DNA of 64,000 nt from Cetorhinus maximus (GCF_964194155.1 NC_135899.1:34906001-34970000), one strand, 5' to 3'; counted from the stretch's first letter, positions 13,961 to 30,109 are shown. Notes: generated from the sequence alone by a model not told the origin. Numbers and translations are program-made.

Positions 13961-15232
13961 GATTTCACTGTAATCTTATTTTGACACAATGCCAGGATTG
14001 TTCAGATCTATCTGATTTTCCTCGTTATTGGACTTTGTAGTGATTGTTTATCATTGTTTGCTGGGCCACTTCAGAGGGCAGTTAAGAGTCAACCATGTTG
14101 TGTGGGACTTGGAATCACATGTAGACCAGACCAGGCAGTTGTAGCAGGTTCCATTCCCTGAAGGACAATATTTGGGTTTTTAGGACAATATGAAATTTTT
14201 CATGTTTTTATTTTGATTGTATCCAGCAAAGCTCAAAATTTAATAAATTCAGTTTCTCGACATGGAGTGGTTGAGGTGAATAGCGTAGATGCCTTTAAGG
14301 GGAAACTAGATAAGCACATGAGGGAGAGAGGAACAAAAGGATATAATGATAGGGTGAGATGAAGATGGGTGAGAGGAGTCTCGTGTGAAGCACAAATACT
14401 AGCATCAACCAATTGGGCTGAATGGCTTGTTTCTGCACTGTAATTCTATGTGTGTAACTTTCCGTGGTTGGATTTGAACTCATAATCTCTGGATTGTTAA
14501 TCCAGCACCAAAGCAATTCGGCTGCCGTACCTGGAGACATATTTATTGAAATATCTTTTAATGCCTTCTTTAAAGATTTTTCCTGAAGATCTCGGCCTTT
14601 CCCAAAAGACTGGGCTTGGATTTGATAGTTTTGCCCAGTGCTGTGGCTGATAGCTGAATTTGGGATGTGCAGTCTGAGCGAGTGCAGTGTATCTAATTTC
14701 CCAGGATAAACCAGAACCCTTTAATCAGCTACACTGAAGTAATATTTTCCTTAGCTTCTAGCACTTCCTGCCCAGTGTGTTTTCTTCAAATAATTTTGAA
14801 ATGCAAAGGGAAGAATTTCAAAATCTCCAATTAACCACATTTCTCCTGAGTGTTTTTTATAGTAAACACATTCTCTAAGGGTAAAACTGGTCTTCACCTG
14901 CACGACCCGAGCTCATAGTGAATTGATAGCTGGTTTTACACTCCACCCGACTGTCTTTTCCATTGCCTCATGGCGCCTGGGAAGATGGTGGTTCTGGGGG
15001 CAGGAAAGAAAGGAGCCACGTTGTCTGTTCCTAGTCACTAAAAAGTGTCCCTGCTGGAAACAGAGGGTGTGTGATAGTCAAATGAGGAAAAGGGATTTGC
15101 ATCTGATTCCCCACATAGGGGAATAGCTGACTGACACTCACTGTGGAACAGTCTCTAACTGAGGAGTCAGCCCCTTCAGCAAAGGAGGAGAGGGAATTGG
15201 AGGAAATCATGTTTCCTTTTCCTGTTTTACAG

Positions 15233-16612
<1,380 letters not shown>

Positions 16613-17849
16613 TGAGAGTCCCTCAAAGAGTCTCAGTTAGGTTTGGAGCTGTACTCTGGACGAACAGGAATGGGTGACTCAATACTGATCAATGTATGAA
16701 AACAACAATTTTTATTAGACAACTATTAAATAATTATTAATGATTACTAGAAAATGAAATAAAGACAACTTTATTAAAAGAAAGAAACATTTTGTATAAA
16801 TATCTTAAAAGAAAGGAAGAAAGACAACTTTACATACATACTATATTACAAATTTATACAAGTATAAACTATATTACAAATGTTAACTCCAAATTGGTCT
16901 GTTCACAACAGCACCCCACAATATGAAATTCCCCTTAGTTCATACCTCACCAAGTCTCCAAAGAAACTTGCATGGGTTGGACACTCCAGTCAGTCTCTAC
17001 GTTGACAGCCCTTCCTGCCGTAATCTTATGTGGTTGACTACTCCACTCTGGTGGCAGACCTGAACGTTGGAGACTATGCCCCTTTAAGTCCAGTTCCTGG
17101 CTCCATTCCAACTTCCGAGGCTTCCATCCAGACTTCTTCAAAACAGGAATCTGGTAACCATGCGTCCTTATCAGATTCTTCTCACAGACACAGCGAGGCT
17201 TACAGACATCGCAATATTCAAGTTGTTTACCCATCTGCCATCAATCAGGTTATGCTATCCATCAATCAAACTCCATCTCCTGATTCCATACCATAGTTGA
17301 CCACCCCATGTGCGAGGTTATCCACTGTCCTGACTTGTACTTCAAATAAGTAACTGTGCAGTAAGGAACTGAATACTGTTAAACAATAACAACTTTTATT
17401 TTAGCAAATCTAGCCAGAAGAGAAAACAGTAATTTCGACAAAATAACAGTTGGGAACATGGCTGAACTGACCAGTATGAAAACAAAGCTTTGTGCAAAAC
17501 AAGTCCAGTTAATAATATCACTACTTATTACTATTGATTACCTGATTAATTAATTGCTTGACTTAATCAAAGCACAATCATACTTAGTTTTAAATCAAGG
17601 TCTACAAATTAACTTTTAAAAATTCAATACAGGTTTAATACAAGCTCTTGTAAAATCAAGAAAAAAGCAGAAATAAAATTCAAAAATATAAAATTGCAAA
17701 AGTTAGTGGTTGCAGGCCTCAGGCCTACACTACCTCTCCTCTTTCTCTCTTCTCCTCCTCCTCTCTATTTCTCCTTCTGCTGCTCTCCTACGATCTCTCC
17801 ACTTTCAGTCTCATCCTCTGCTACCTCTCTCATCCTCTCTATTTCTCCC

Positions 17850-18160
17850 TCTTGGGGAATATAGAATTAGGGTGCAAGGTGTAAAATAAGGGCTCTCCCA
17901 TTTCAGACTGAGATGAGGAGGGATTTCTTCTCTCAGAGGGTTGTTGGTCTTTGGAATTCTCTTCCCCGGAGAGCAGTGGAGGCTGGGTCATTGAATATAT
18001 TCAAGGCTGAGTTAGACAGATTTTTGATCTACAAGGGAGTCAAGGCTTATTGTTGGGGCGGGGAATGGAGTTAAAGGCCACAATCAGATCAGCCATGATC
18101 TTCTTGAGTGGCACAGCAGGCTTGAGGGGCTGAGTGGCCTACTGCTGTTCCTATTTCTTA
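17850..18160 (+). mobile_element. CR1 LINE 3' fragment
   Basis: PFQTEMRRDFFSQRVVGLWNSLP..AVEAG motif and tail similar to 57370-57648. Confidence 0.85.
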
Positions 18161-19624
18161 TCTAACTCTCCTTTTCCTCTCCTCCTATCTCTACTCCACT
18201 TTTTCTCTCATATCCTCTCTGCTCCCCTCTCTCCTATCTCTCTCTCTCTCCTCCTTCAGCATTACAAAGATGAGAGGGATAGAGAGAAATTTCACCATTT
18301 TAAACTCTATCATAAATGAAACAACATTTGAGGTAATAATGTAATTATGACTATATTAAACTATTTTAACTATTTCTCCTGTTTATGTGACACAACTGAA
18401 ATAAACTATTATCTGTGAGCCCGTAGTTTGCTGAAATAATTGCTGACCACAACATGTAGACTGGAGTCATGAAATATGACTGACTGTTGATGCCTGAACG
18501 CCCAAACACCCTGAGTGTAATTTGAAGAGCCGCCTCAAACAGGCGCAATCAGCAGAAACTCACCACTCTCATTATTCCCATCTGGGGCTGTGGTCATTTC
18601 TGTGGTTGGTTTGAGCTGTCTGTGTGATATTTAATAAACCAGGGTTAAAGATCATGAATTTTCAAATTACACTTGGCGTAACTTACATTTAAAATTCCTG
18701 ATATGGTCAATTTCAGCTGGATTATGCTGATAAAACCAACACAAACTGGTGTAAACTTTTGGCAACAACCTGCACAACTATGATTGTTGCATATTTGCCA
18801 AGGTGTTTTACTAAAACAAACATTTTTAAAAATTGTGTGTGACCAATTGAAGCACTTTTATTTAAGGGTGGTACATTGTGATCTGATTGGCTTCATGATC
18901 AATGCAGTGTGTAAACATCTACAGGATAATTTCTTCACTCTTTTTACAACATGTTTGTGTTTTAACAAATGTGGGTGGGGTTTGTACAGGGAGTCCAGAG
19001 CCTGAGGAATTATTTGTGTGGCCCTGACAATAACTCAAATCAAGGTTCCTGGAATAATCCGTTTGGAGTTGGACTTGAACCCACAACACTGTTCTCTGAG
19101 TCAGAGGGTTGTGGGTTCAAGTCCCACTCCAGGACTTGAGCACAAAAAATCATGGCTGACACTCCAGTGCAGTACTGAGGGGTGGAAGAGATTACAGAGA
19201 TAGGGAGGGGAGAGGCCATGGAGGGATTTGAAAACAAGCTCAAAAACCTCACTAAAACTAACACTGAGCTTTCCTGGGAAGAGTGGGTTATTCCTCGAGT
19301 TTTATTCCTGACAGACTGTTGGAACTTTGCCTAAACAATAGAACTTTCATGAGTGAATGAAAGCAGAATGGTTAATCAGCAGTACTGATTGAAGACAATC
19401 CCTTAAGATGTCCATTCCAACTGACACCAGGGACTTTACCACCTTTCACAGCTTCAGGAACCCAGAAAGACAACACTGACACCTGCAGCTCTAACTAGTC
19501 ACCACTTTAAATCAAATCAAACTTTCAGGCTGCCAGTTTACAGGGGGAAAAGCATTCTGTACACAGCGTTGGAACTAACCCCATAGAAACTGAATCTAAT
19601 ATGACAGAAATATTATAAGTTATT

Positions 19625-20032
19625 GTCAGCCATGGCTTAGTTAGCACTCTAATCTCTGAGTCAGAAGGTTGTGGGTTCAAGTCTCACTCCAGAGACTTGA
19701 GCACTGAGGCTGACACTCCAGTGCAGTACTGAGGAAGTGCTGCACTGTCAGAGATACCATCTTTCAGATGAGTTAAACCAAGGCCCTGTCTGCCCTCTCA
19801 GCTGAATGTAAAAGATCCCATGACACTACATCATAGAAGAGCAGGGGAGTTATCCCAGATGTACTGGTCAATATGGACCTTGCAATCGATGTCGCAAAAA
19901 CAGTTTATCTGGTCATTGTCATATTGCTGTTTGTGGAAATTTGCACTTCACAAAGCACTTAAATAGAGGGGAGGTGCTTTCAGATGCCCTGAAATTGTGA
20001 AAGTAGATTTATAATTGCAAGTCTTTCTTTCT
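19625..20032 (+). mobile_element. Near full-length Deu-domain tRNA-SINE (SacSINE1-like)
   Basis: A-box TGGCTTAGTT and B-box GGTTCAAGTC, Deu core, TGCAAGTCTTTCTTTCTT tail; a second head at ~19090-19180. Confidence 0.8.
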
Positions 20033-20223
20033 TAGGGAAACATTATACTTCCTGTGGACTGGAAACTATAAACCCATTGATAAAGTATATCAGCCCACAG
20101 TGACATTGACCAATATATTGTATACAGGACTCTTACTGTAGGCTCCTAAGTGTTTCAGTAAATAGGAACACACCATGCTGACAAATCAAGTAGTTTAGGT
20201 TAAGTTTGCTTACATCAAAATTT

Positions 20224-20920
20224 TAGAAACATAGAAACTAGGAGCAGGAGTAGGCCAATTGGCCTTTCAAGCCTGCTCTGCCATTCAATATGACCATGGC
20301 TGATCCTCTATCTCAACGCCATATTCCCGCTTTCTCTCCATACCCCTTGATGCCCCTAATATCCAAAAATTTATCAATTTCTTTCTTGAATATACTCACT
20401 CACCCAGCCTCCACGTCATTCTGTGATAGAGAATTCCACAGGTTGACCACCCTCATCTCAGTCCTAAATGGCCTGCCCTGTGTCCTGAGATTGTGGCCCC
20501 TGGTTCTAGACTCCCCAACTAGGGGAACCATCTTCCCTGCATCTCGCCTGTCTAGCCCTGTTAAGAGTTTTATAAGTTTCAATCAGATCCCCTCTCATTC
20601 TTCGAACCAATCTCTCCTCATACAACATTCCCAGTATCAGCCTAGTGAATCTTTGCTGCACTCCCTCTATGGCAAATATATCCCTTCTTAGGTAGGGAGA
20701 CCAAAACTGCACACAAAACTCCAGGTGTGGTCTCACCAAGGCCCTGCATAACTGCAATAAGATATCCCTACTTCTGAAGTCAACTCCTCTTCCAGTGAAG
20801 GCCAACATACCATTTGCCTTCCTAATTGCTTGCTGCACCTGCCTGTTTACTTTCATTGACTGGTGTACAAGGACACCTAGATCCCTTTGTACATCACGTT
20901 CCCCAATATATCACCATTTA
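20224..20920 (-). mobile_element. CR1 LINE 3' fragment
   Basis: ORFs 20400-20856 give LVRPHLEFCVQFWSPYLRRDI and RMRGDLIETYK; TAGAAACATAGAAA tail. Confidence 0.92.
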
Positions 20921-21429
20921 CCCAACCAAAACAACAAAGCATTTAAAAATGACTCAAGATCTTTCCTGGAACATGAAATGAATCTTGGAAAATGTAGGTC
21001 AGGCTTACAATGGGGGACCACATTTCAATTTTTTTCTCACTCAAGAGGCCAATGAGCAAATTTCAGTAAAATAAAGTTTGCCACGGCATTAAACATGAAG
21101 TTTTTTTAAAAAGCTGATGTACGAAAAGAAACAACTTGCTGAGAAAAACAAAATATGTCAAAACAATAAATTGATACTTTTAAAAGAATGAGTAATAAAT
21201 AAAGAAGACCATTAGAGTGTGGAAGGGTGAGATGTGAGTGTCCAACTCACTCCCAGTCTCAGATGCTCACCCACTCACCCTATGTGAGAGAGTGGGAGAG
21301 TACGTGATGGTGTGTAGGTTAAGTTAGAGGAGTAGTGAACACCGGCAACTGTGATTGGAGGAGCAGTGAACACCGGCAACTGTGATTGTGAGAACCGAGA
21401 CTGGGAGTGAGCCAGACGCACTCGTCCTT

Positions 21430-22380
21430 CTCTCACCCACATACATTCACTCACCCCTCTCTCACACACATACACACTCACCCCTCTCTCACACACATAC
21501 ACATTCACCCCTCTCTCACACACATATACACTCACCCCTCACTCACACACATACACATTCACCCCTCTCTCACACACATACACACTCACCCCTCTCTCAC
21601 ACACATACACACTCACCCCTCTCTCACACACATACACACTCACCCCTCTCTCACACACATATACACTCACCCCTCTCTCACACACACATACACTCACCCA
21701 TCTCACACACATATACTCACCCCTCTCTCACACACATATACACTCACCCCTCTCTCACACACATATACACTCACCCCTCTCTCACCCACATACATTCACT
21801 AACCCCTCACTCTCACACATACACACTCTTCTCACACACATATACACTCACTCCTCTCTCACAAACATACACACTCACCCCTCTCTCACACACACACACA
21901 CACACTCACCTCTCTCTCACACTCACACTCACCCCTCTCTCACACACATATACTCACCCCTCTCTCTCACACACACACACACACTCACCTCTCTCTCACA
22001 CTCACACACACTCACCCCTCTCTCACACACATATACACTCACCCCTCTCTCACATACACTCACCCCTCTCTCACACACATATACACTCACCCCTCCTTCA
22101 CATACTCACCCCTCTCTCACACACATATATACTCACCCCTCTCACACATATATACACTCACCCCTTCCTCACACACATATACACTCACCCCTCGCTCACA
22201 CACATACACACTCACCCCTTATCTCTCCCACACACACACTCACCCAGCTCTCTCCCTCTCACGCACACATACACTCCCCTCTCCCTCTCCCACACACACC
22301 CCTCTCCCTCTCCCACACACACCCCTCTCCCTTTCTCACACACACACACACCCCTCTCCCTCTAACACACACACACATAA
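21430..22380 (+). repeat. (CA/CT)-rich minisatellite, ~27-bp unit CTCACCCCTCTCTCACACACATACACA
   Basis: Dozens of variant units; produces spurious His/Thr/Ser/Pro ORFs. Confidence 0.95.
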
Positions 22381-22489
22381 TTCTCTCTCACGCAATTAAT
22401 TAATGTGATAAGAATGGTCAGTCCTGTACTTGGATGGGTAATAACAGTAAACATTGGGTCAGTCAGCTCTCTGAATTGATATAGTTACA

Positions 22490-22856
22490 GGGGGAGGCAG
22501 TGGCATAATGGTATGGTCACTAACTCATATTCCAGAGACCCAGGGTAATGCTTTGGAGATCCGGTTTTGAATCCACCATGACAGTTGGTGAAATTTGAAT
22601 CCAATAATAATCTGGGATTAAAAGTCTGAGGACGACCATGAAACCATTGCCAATTGTCGTAAAAACCCATCTGGTTCAATAATGTCCTTTAGGGAAGGAA
22701 ATCTGCTGTCCTTACCTAGTCTGGCATACATGTGAGTCCAGACCCACCGCAGTGTGGTTGACTCTTAAATGCCCTGTGAACAGGGGCAATTAGGGATGGG
22801 CAATAAATGGTGGCCTGGCCAGCAATGCCCACATCGCATGAACGAATAAAAAAAAG
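22490..22856 (+). mobile_element. tRNA-derived SINE with CR1-type 3' tail
   Basis: A-box-like GTGGCATAATGG head; tail GGCAATTAGGGATGGGCAATAAAT...CCCACATC..A-rich resembles the LINE end at ~52800-52865. Confidence 0.7.
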
Positions 22857-23654
22857 TGATGTTAGTAATCCATATGGATGGCTTTTCAACACTCCAGTTT
22901 TGCTAAGTCAAATTGGATTTTAGTTGAAAATCCACTGACTGCATGATTCAAGGACATTGTGTGTAAATCACTCAAACTGACCCACCCTCCCTCACTCATC
23001 TACCCTCACATTGAATGGGCTGGTGGGGGTGCGAGGGGTGGGCAAGAGGGACCTGGAGCGAGGACTAGCGACACCAAAACACAGGTGCATGAAGAGGATC
23101 AGGGGAATGCAGCGGCATTCAGGGAAATATGGGGAGAGCTAGGTGAATGCGGGCGGGCGGGTGAGTGAGGAAGTGAGGCCCCGCATACTGCACAGTCTCT
23201 CTCTATCTCCATGTATTCACAGCTGCCGGTGTTCACTGCTCCTCCAATCACAGCTGCTGGTGTTCACTGCTCCTCCAATCACAGTTGCCGGTGTTCACTG
23301 CTCCTCCAATCACAGTTGCCGGTGTTCACTACTCCTCTAATCACAGCCTGTTTCTGTCCCATGCTTGCTGCTGTCAGGCTCAATAGTGAGCCCAACAGCA
23401 GCAAACACGGGAGAGGAACGGCCTGTGATTGGAGGAGCAGCCACCTGCAGAAATCTTCAATTTCACTGACCGGTCTTACTGGGAATTTTATCATAGTCTC
23501 CGGGGAACACCCAGAGGAGCTTCGGGGCTAGATGGAGGGGCTCCGGGGGCCACATAGAGGGGCTCCATAGGCCACATGGAGTGGCTTCAGAGGTCACATA
23601 GAGGGGCTTTGTGGGCCACAATCCAGCCTGTGGGCCATCGGTTGGACAAGCCTG

Positions 23655-24852
<1,198 letters not shown>

Positions 24853-25565
24853 CTGTAAAACAAGAAAAGGAAACATGATTTCCTCCAACTTCCTCTCCTC
24901 CTTTGCTGAAGGTGCTGACTCCTCAGTTAGAGACTGCTCCACAGTGCGTGTCAGTCTGCTATTCCCCTGTCTGGGGGGATCAGATGGAAATCCTTTCTTT
25001 TTCCTCACTTGACTGTCACACACCCTCTGTTTCCAGCAGGGACTGGATAGTGACCAGCAGCAGACAATGTGGCTACTTTCTTTCCTTCGCCCAACCCCCA
25101 TATTCCCAGGCACCATGAGGGCAATGGAAAAGACAGTCGGGCGGAGTGTAAAACAGGCTATCAATTCACGTGCTGTGAAGACCAGTTTTACCCTTAGAGA
25201 ATGTGTTTAATATAAAAAACACTCAGGACAAATGTTAATTCAATGGAAATTTGAAATTTCTGCACCTGTTTTCAAAAATTATTTGATGAAAACAGACTGG
25301 GCGGGAAGTGCTAGAAGCTGAGGAAAATATTGCTTCAGTGTAGCTGATTGAAGGGTTCTGGTTTATCCTGGGAAATTAGATACACTGCACTTGCTCAGAC
25401 TGCACAACCCAAATTCAGCTATCAGCCACAGCATTGGGCAAAACTATCAAATCTGAGCCCAGGCTTTTGGGAAAGGAAGAGGCCTTCAGGTTAAATCTTT
25501 AAAGAAGATATTAAAAGACATTTCAATAAATGTGTCTCTGCACCTCCCAGATAATTACACCTCAC

Positions 25566-25604
25566 CTTCTCATATTCAGTAATGACCCATCAACAAAACT
25601 CAGC
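25566..25604 (-). other. Putative 39-nt micro-exon of copy D
   Basis: TTTACAG|GCTGAG...GAGAAG|GTGAGG on the minus strand. Confidence 0.65.
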
Positions 25605-25744
25605 CTGTAAATCAGAAGGGAAATGCTTCCAATAAACACACTCAATATTCAACACAAGCTCCAGTCAAACAGTTCAGCACAAAGCACCGAGTAGACAGCT
25701 CTCTCAGCTGGATCTTCTCACACAGCATAAGGGGCATTTCCACA

Positions 25745-26707
25745 ACAAAAATAAAAATACCTGGATAAACTCAGCAGGTCTGTGGTTGCATGGGAAGGTG
25801 CAACACCTGCCCCTTTACTTCCCCCCTCCTCACCGTCCAAGGGCCCAAACACTCCTTTCAAGTGAAGCAGCATTTCACTTGCACTGCCCTCAATTTAGTC
25901 TACTGCATTCGCTGCTCCCAATGCGGTTTCCTTTACATTGGAGAGACCAAACGCAGACTGGGTGACCGCTTTGCGGAACACCTTCGGTCTGTCCACAAGC
26001 ATGACCCAGACCTCCCTGTCGCTTGCCATTTCAACACTCCACCCTGCTCTCATGCCTACATGTCCGTCCTTGGCCTGCTGCAATATTCCAGTGAAGCTCA
26101 ACGCAAACTGGATGAACAGCAGCTCATCTTCCGACTAGGCACTTTACAGCCTTCCGGACTGAATATTGAGTTCAACAATTTTAGATCATGAGCTCTCTCC
26201 TCCATCCCCACCCCCTTTCTGATCCCCCCTTTTTCCAATAATTTATATAAATTTTTCTTTTCCCACCTATTTCCATTATTTTTAAATATATTTCCATTCA
26301 TTGTTTTATCTTTACCTTTTAGCCTATTTCGATCCCTTCCCCCCCACCCCACCCCCACTAGGGCTTTCTGTACCTTGCTCGTCCTGCTTTCTACCCTTAA
26401 TTAGCACATTCCTTAGATAATATCACCACCTTCAACACCTCTTTGTCCTTTTGTCTATGATATCTTTTGGCAATCTCCACCTATCACTGGCCCTCTATCC
26501 AGCTCTACTGGTCCCACCCCCCCCCCCCACCCCCTTAAACCAGCTTATATTTCACCTCTTTTCTATTTTTCCTTAGATCTGTTGAAGAGTCATACGGACT
26601 CGAAACGTTAACTGTGTTCCTCTCCACAGATGCTGTCAGACTTGCTGAGTTTTTCCAGGTATTTTTATTTTGGATTTCCAGCATCTGCAGTTTTTTGCTT
26701 TTATCTT
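25745..26707 (+). mobile_element. 5'-truncated Penelope-like element (GIY-YIG end plus 3' tail) in intron 1 of D
   Basis: ORF 25790-26191 NLVYCIRCSQCGFLYIGETKRRLGDRFAEH...PSGLN; 15-bp TSD AGGGGCATTTCCACA at 25730-25744 and 26708-26722; inverted tail copy at the 5' end. Confidence 0.95.
26575..26613 (+). ncRNA. Minimal type I hammerhead-ribozyme motif (core variant CTGTTGA)
   Basis: CTGTTGA-A-GAGTC-ATACG-GACTC-GAAAC-GTTAACT with a perfect 5-bp stem II and palindromic stem III, in a PLE tail. Confidence 0.7.
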
Positions 26708-26811
26708 AGGGGCATTTCCACAGCTGATTCCCCGCAGGATAGTCAGGCTGCCTGAATATTAGTGTGGATATTATGTGATGTAATTATTATAAATTCTGTT
26801 CCTTCACTCAC

Positions 26812-26945
26812 CATCTCCTCACTTGGTCTTCAGTCCCTACAGGAAGTGAAGCAGCTGTGGAAGAGGAAGAGGAGGGAATGGGCAAAGTGGGTGGGGCTCT
26901 CTGAATGACGTCTCTCACAGCCAATCCAAATATTTCTGGAGTAAC
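26812..26945 (-). promoter_or_regulatory. Promoter and exon 1 of copy D
   Basis: Same CCAAT, TGACGTC and CAGGAAGTG block; donor GAGATG|GTGAGT at 26812/26811. Confidence 0.65.
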
Positions 26946-27338
26946 ATGAGTTTCCTGAAGCTTGGGAAACTGACCGGTGAAATGGAGGTGACTTTGAGCA
27001 GCAGATCAGGTGGGGATTTAAACTTGTCATTGTCCCATCTGAATAAAACCTCACTTATTGCAGCTGCTGTCTCAGTTCCCCCGGTAAATGTTTGACAGAG
27101 ATTTCTAGTGTGGGAATAGCATTCTTCATCCTTGGAGGCTTTGAAAATAACATCAATGGAGGATGTGTAGCCTCCGATGTGTTTGTCAGCAGATCAGAAG
27201 AGGAAGACCCACAACATCCAAGGCAGCGATAATGTGCAGTGGTGGGATCAGCACATGTACAGGAGAAAGAGAGACACAGGAGGGAAGCACATAGGAGGGA
27301 GGGACATAGGAGAGAAGGACACAAGAGAGAGAAACAAA

Positions 27339-27531
27339 CAGGAGAGAGGGAAACAGGAGAGAGGGAAACAAGAGAGAGGGAAACAAGAGAGAGGGAAACA
27401 GGAGAGAGGGAAACAGGAGAGAGGGAAACAGGAGAGGGGGAAACAGGAGAGAGGGAAACAAGAGAGAGGGAAACAGGAGAGAGGGAAACAGGAGAGAGGG
27501 AAACAGGAGAGAGGGAAACAGGAGAGAGGGA
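27339..27531 (+). repeat. 15-bp tandem repeat (CAGGAGAGAGGGAAA), ~13 units
   Basis: Near-perfect purine-rich array; the paralogous sites at ~35850-35900 and ~7350-7410 are unexpanded. Confidence 0.95.
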
Positions 27532-27714
27532 CAAAGGAAACTGACCCAGTACTCGGGAAGTGACTCAGTGGTTCAGGGAGTTACTGTGACTCAGGAGTGA
27601 GGTGGGGCTCAATGTGTGAGTAGATGCCCTATAAGGTGATATCTGACAGCCCTGCCCTGTCCAGGGATCACCTCCTGTGGAGGTTCAACTCCCCTCAGCT
27701 TCAAGTTTCAGGCT

Positions 27715-27950
27715 CAACATTCACCTCATCCAGTTCCTCTCCCGGGATGTCCCAGTCCATTCACCCCTCCCAGGATATCCTAGTCAATTCACCTCTCCCG
27801 GGATGTCTCAGTCCATTCGTCATTCCTGCGATGCCCCAGTCCATTCACCTCTCACAGGATGACCAAGTCCATTCACCTCTCCCAGGATGACCAAGTCTAT
27901 TCACCTCTCCTAGGATGACCAAGTCCATTCACCTCTCCTGGACTGTCCCA
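27715..27950 (-). repeat. ~26-bp tandem repeat, ~9 units
   Basis: GTCCATTCACCTCTCCCAGGATGACCAA-like units; inverted paralog of 5630-5752. Confidence 0.85.
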
Positions 27951-27976
27951 GTTTAGACCTTGTTTGACAGTGATAT

Positions 27977-28260
27977 TAACAATAAAAACATAAAATGCTG
28001 GAAAAACTCAGCAGCTCTGGCAGCTTCTGTGGAGAGAGAAACAGAGTTAATGTTTCGTGTCCATATGACTCTTCTCCAGAACTAAAGAGGATTGGAAATA
28101 TGGATTTTATAATGCTTAAGAGGGGGCGGAGCAAGGATAGGTAACAACTAAGGAGAGATTGCAAAGATGTCATGGACACAAGACAAAGGAATTGTTAATG
28201 GTGGTGGTAATGAGTAAAGAAGGTGCTGATAGTGGCATAAAGGTAAGATAGCAGAAGGTT
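27977..28260 (-). mobile_element. Penelope-like 3' tail fragment with a decayed hammerhead motif
   Basis: Minus strand AGTTCTGGAGAAGAGTCATATGGACACGAAACATTAACT...CCACAGAAGCTGCCAGAGCTGCTGAG; absent from the paralogous site near 5550-5580. Confidence 0.75.
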
Positions 28261-30109
28261 GTTGTGAATATTCTCTCTCTCTGCGGAATACTGTGATCCA
28301 CCCAGGTGTAGCCAGTACCTGAAATAGCTCCCAAATATCTGAAATAGCTGATTGGCTTCTCTCTGTGAGCTGCCTCAGAGAAACAGGCGTCAATAAACAA
28401 CACCTCCTCCTCAGTGTGTGGTGCATGAAATGGTGGCATCAGCCACAGAAGGAAGGGATGGACCTTGTCCCTAATCAGCTGACCATCAGGTCACTCCCCT
28501 TCCCCGAATATGGGTCTGATGTCCAAGTTCCTGACAATGAAAGCATTGTGGGATGATCCAGTGTGAGTGGCATTCACATGGAGTATCCTTAGATGGACAT
28601 TACACACTACATGGAGGAGGGGAATTTTTTTCTGGTTAGGTAGCTCTGTGAGTTTCCTCGGGTAACCTTCAATGCCACGTGAATGTTATCACTCACTCCC
28701 AGCACCTTGGGGAAACAGCTATTCTAATAATCTCCAATGACCTCTGCTGCTGCTCTCTGGGTGTTGTATGAAATTTAATGAAGTTATTTACTGCGGAGTC
28801 ATTTACTCTCCTCCTATCATCTTCTCCTATTGCTCCTCTTTCCTCTTCCTCCTCTGTCTCCTCTTCCTATCTTTCCAATTTCACTGTTTTCCTGCCACCC
28901 ACCCCCGTATCTCTCTTTCTCTACGTCTCTCCTCCCCTTCTCTCTCTCTTCTTCTCTTATCCTCTTTCCTCCTGTTCCTCTTTCTATCTCCCCTCCACCA
29001 GTATTATAAAGATGAGAGGGATAAAGAGAAAGTTCACCATTTTAAACTTTATCAAAAATGAAAAAACAAAGCAGACGCTCCATACAATATTATTGAGGTA
29101 ATAATGTAATTCTAATTATCATCATCATTCTCTAAGAACATAGGACTTAGGATCAGGAGAAGGCCATTCAGCCCTGTAAGTCTGCTCTGCCATTCGATAA
29201 GATCATGACTGATCCGGTTATGGTCTCAACTCTGCTTGTATGTCTACCCCTCATAACTCTTGACTCCCTTCTCTACCAAAAATATGTCCGTGGGAACAGA
29301 AGACTTAGGTCTAAGTGCTTTCAGATGACGCGGATTTGTGAAAGTTGATCTACAAATGCAAGTCTTTCTTTCTGAGGGAAACATTGTGCTTCCTGTGAAC
29401 TGGAAACTATAAACCCATTGAGGAGAAAGTATACCAGCCCACAGTGACATTGACCAATGTATTGTGTACAGGACTCTTACTGTAGGCTCCTGGGTGTTTC
29501 AGTGAATAGGAACACACCATGTTGACAAATCAGGTAGCTAGAGATAGGCTAAGAAAAGGAAATATTGAGTTATAATTCTATACAGAAGATCGATAAAACA
29601 GCAGACAAGCAACAACACCATATTTGGCTTACACCAAAATTTGAATCAACCAAATAACAAACCATTTGAAAATGACTCAAGATCTTTCCCAGAACATGAA
29701 ATGAATCTTTGAGTGAACAAATCACACTGTTATTGCATTGAAGTATGATGAGCTGAGGGAGCTCAGGTCTGTAGAGACTCATCCCCGTTCCCTCACCATA
29801 CTTAGGACAGTAGTCCTCCCAGCAGAGTACAAACATTACCCATGGTATTAGTCAAACATCCGTCACCTGAAGAGGATCTGTCTATAATTCACATCACCAA
29901 CTAAAGCAGGGTCCGATTCTACCCCATACCCACTCCTGAGAGCTGGCTCACTTTACTAACACACACACATCAGGGGAAACTCTCTCAGAATGCTACAGAC
30001 AAAAGTTTCTTTAATATAATGTGCTTTAGTCTGGCTCCCAATTCCGGATCATCAGAAATGACATTGAACTTCAGTGGCAGAGAATGGAGCTCATTTCTGT
30101 CATACAAAC

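Larger units (their letters stand above)
21000..23652. mobile_element. Possible hAT/Charlie-like non-autonomous element with nested satellites and SINE
   Basis: Right end GGTTGGACAAGCCTG and left end CAGGCTTA; flanks fit NTNTAGNN but are not identical; a 31-bp repeat occurs in opposite orientations at 21325-21390 and 23220-23345. Confidence 0.45.

Noticed and set aside
21382-22365. 327-aa His/Thr-rich ORF
   Set aside because: Translation of a CA/CT minisatellite
27055-27563. ERGKQ, SLSPV and ERETG repeat ORFs
   Set aside because: Artefacts of the 15-bp tandem repeat
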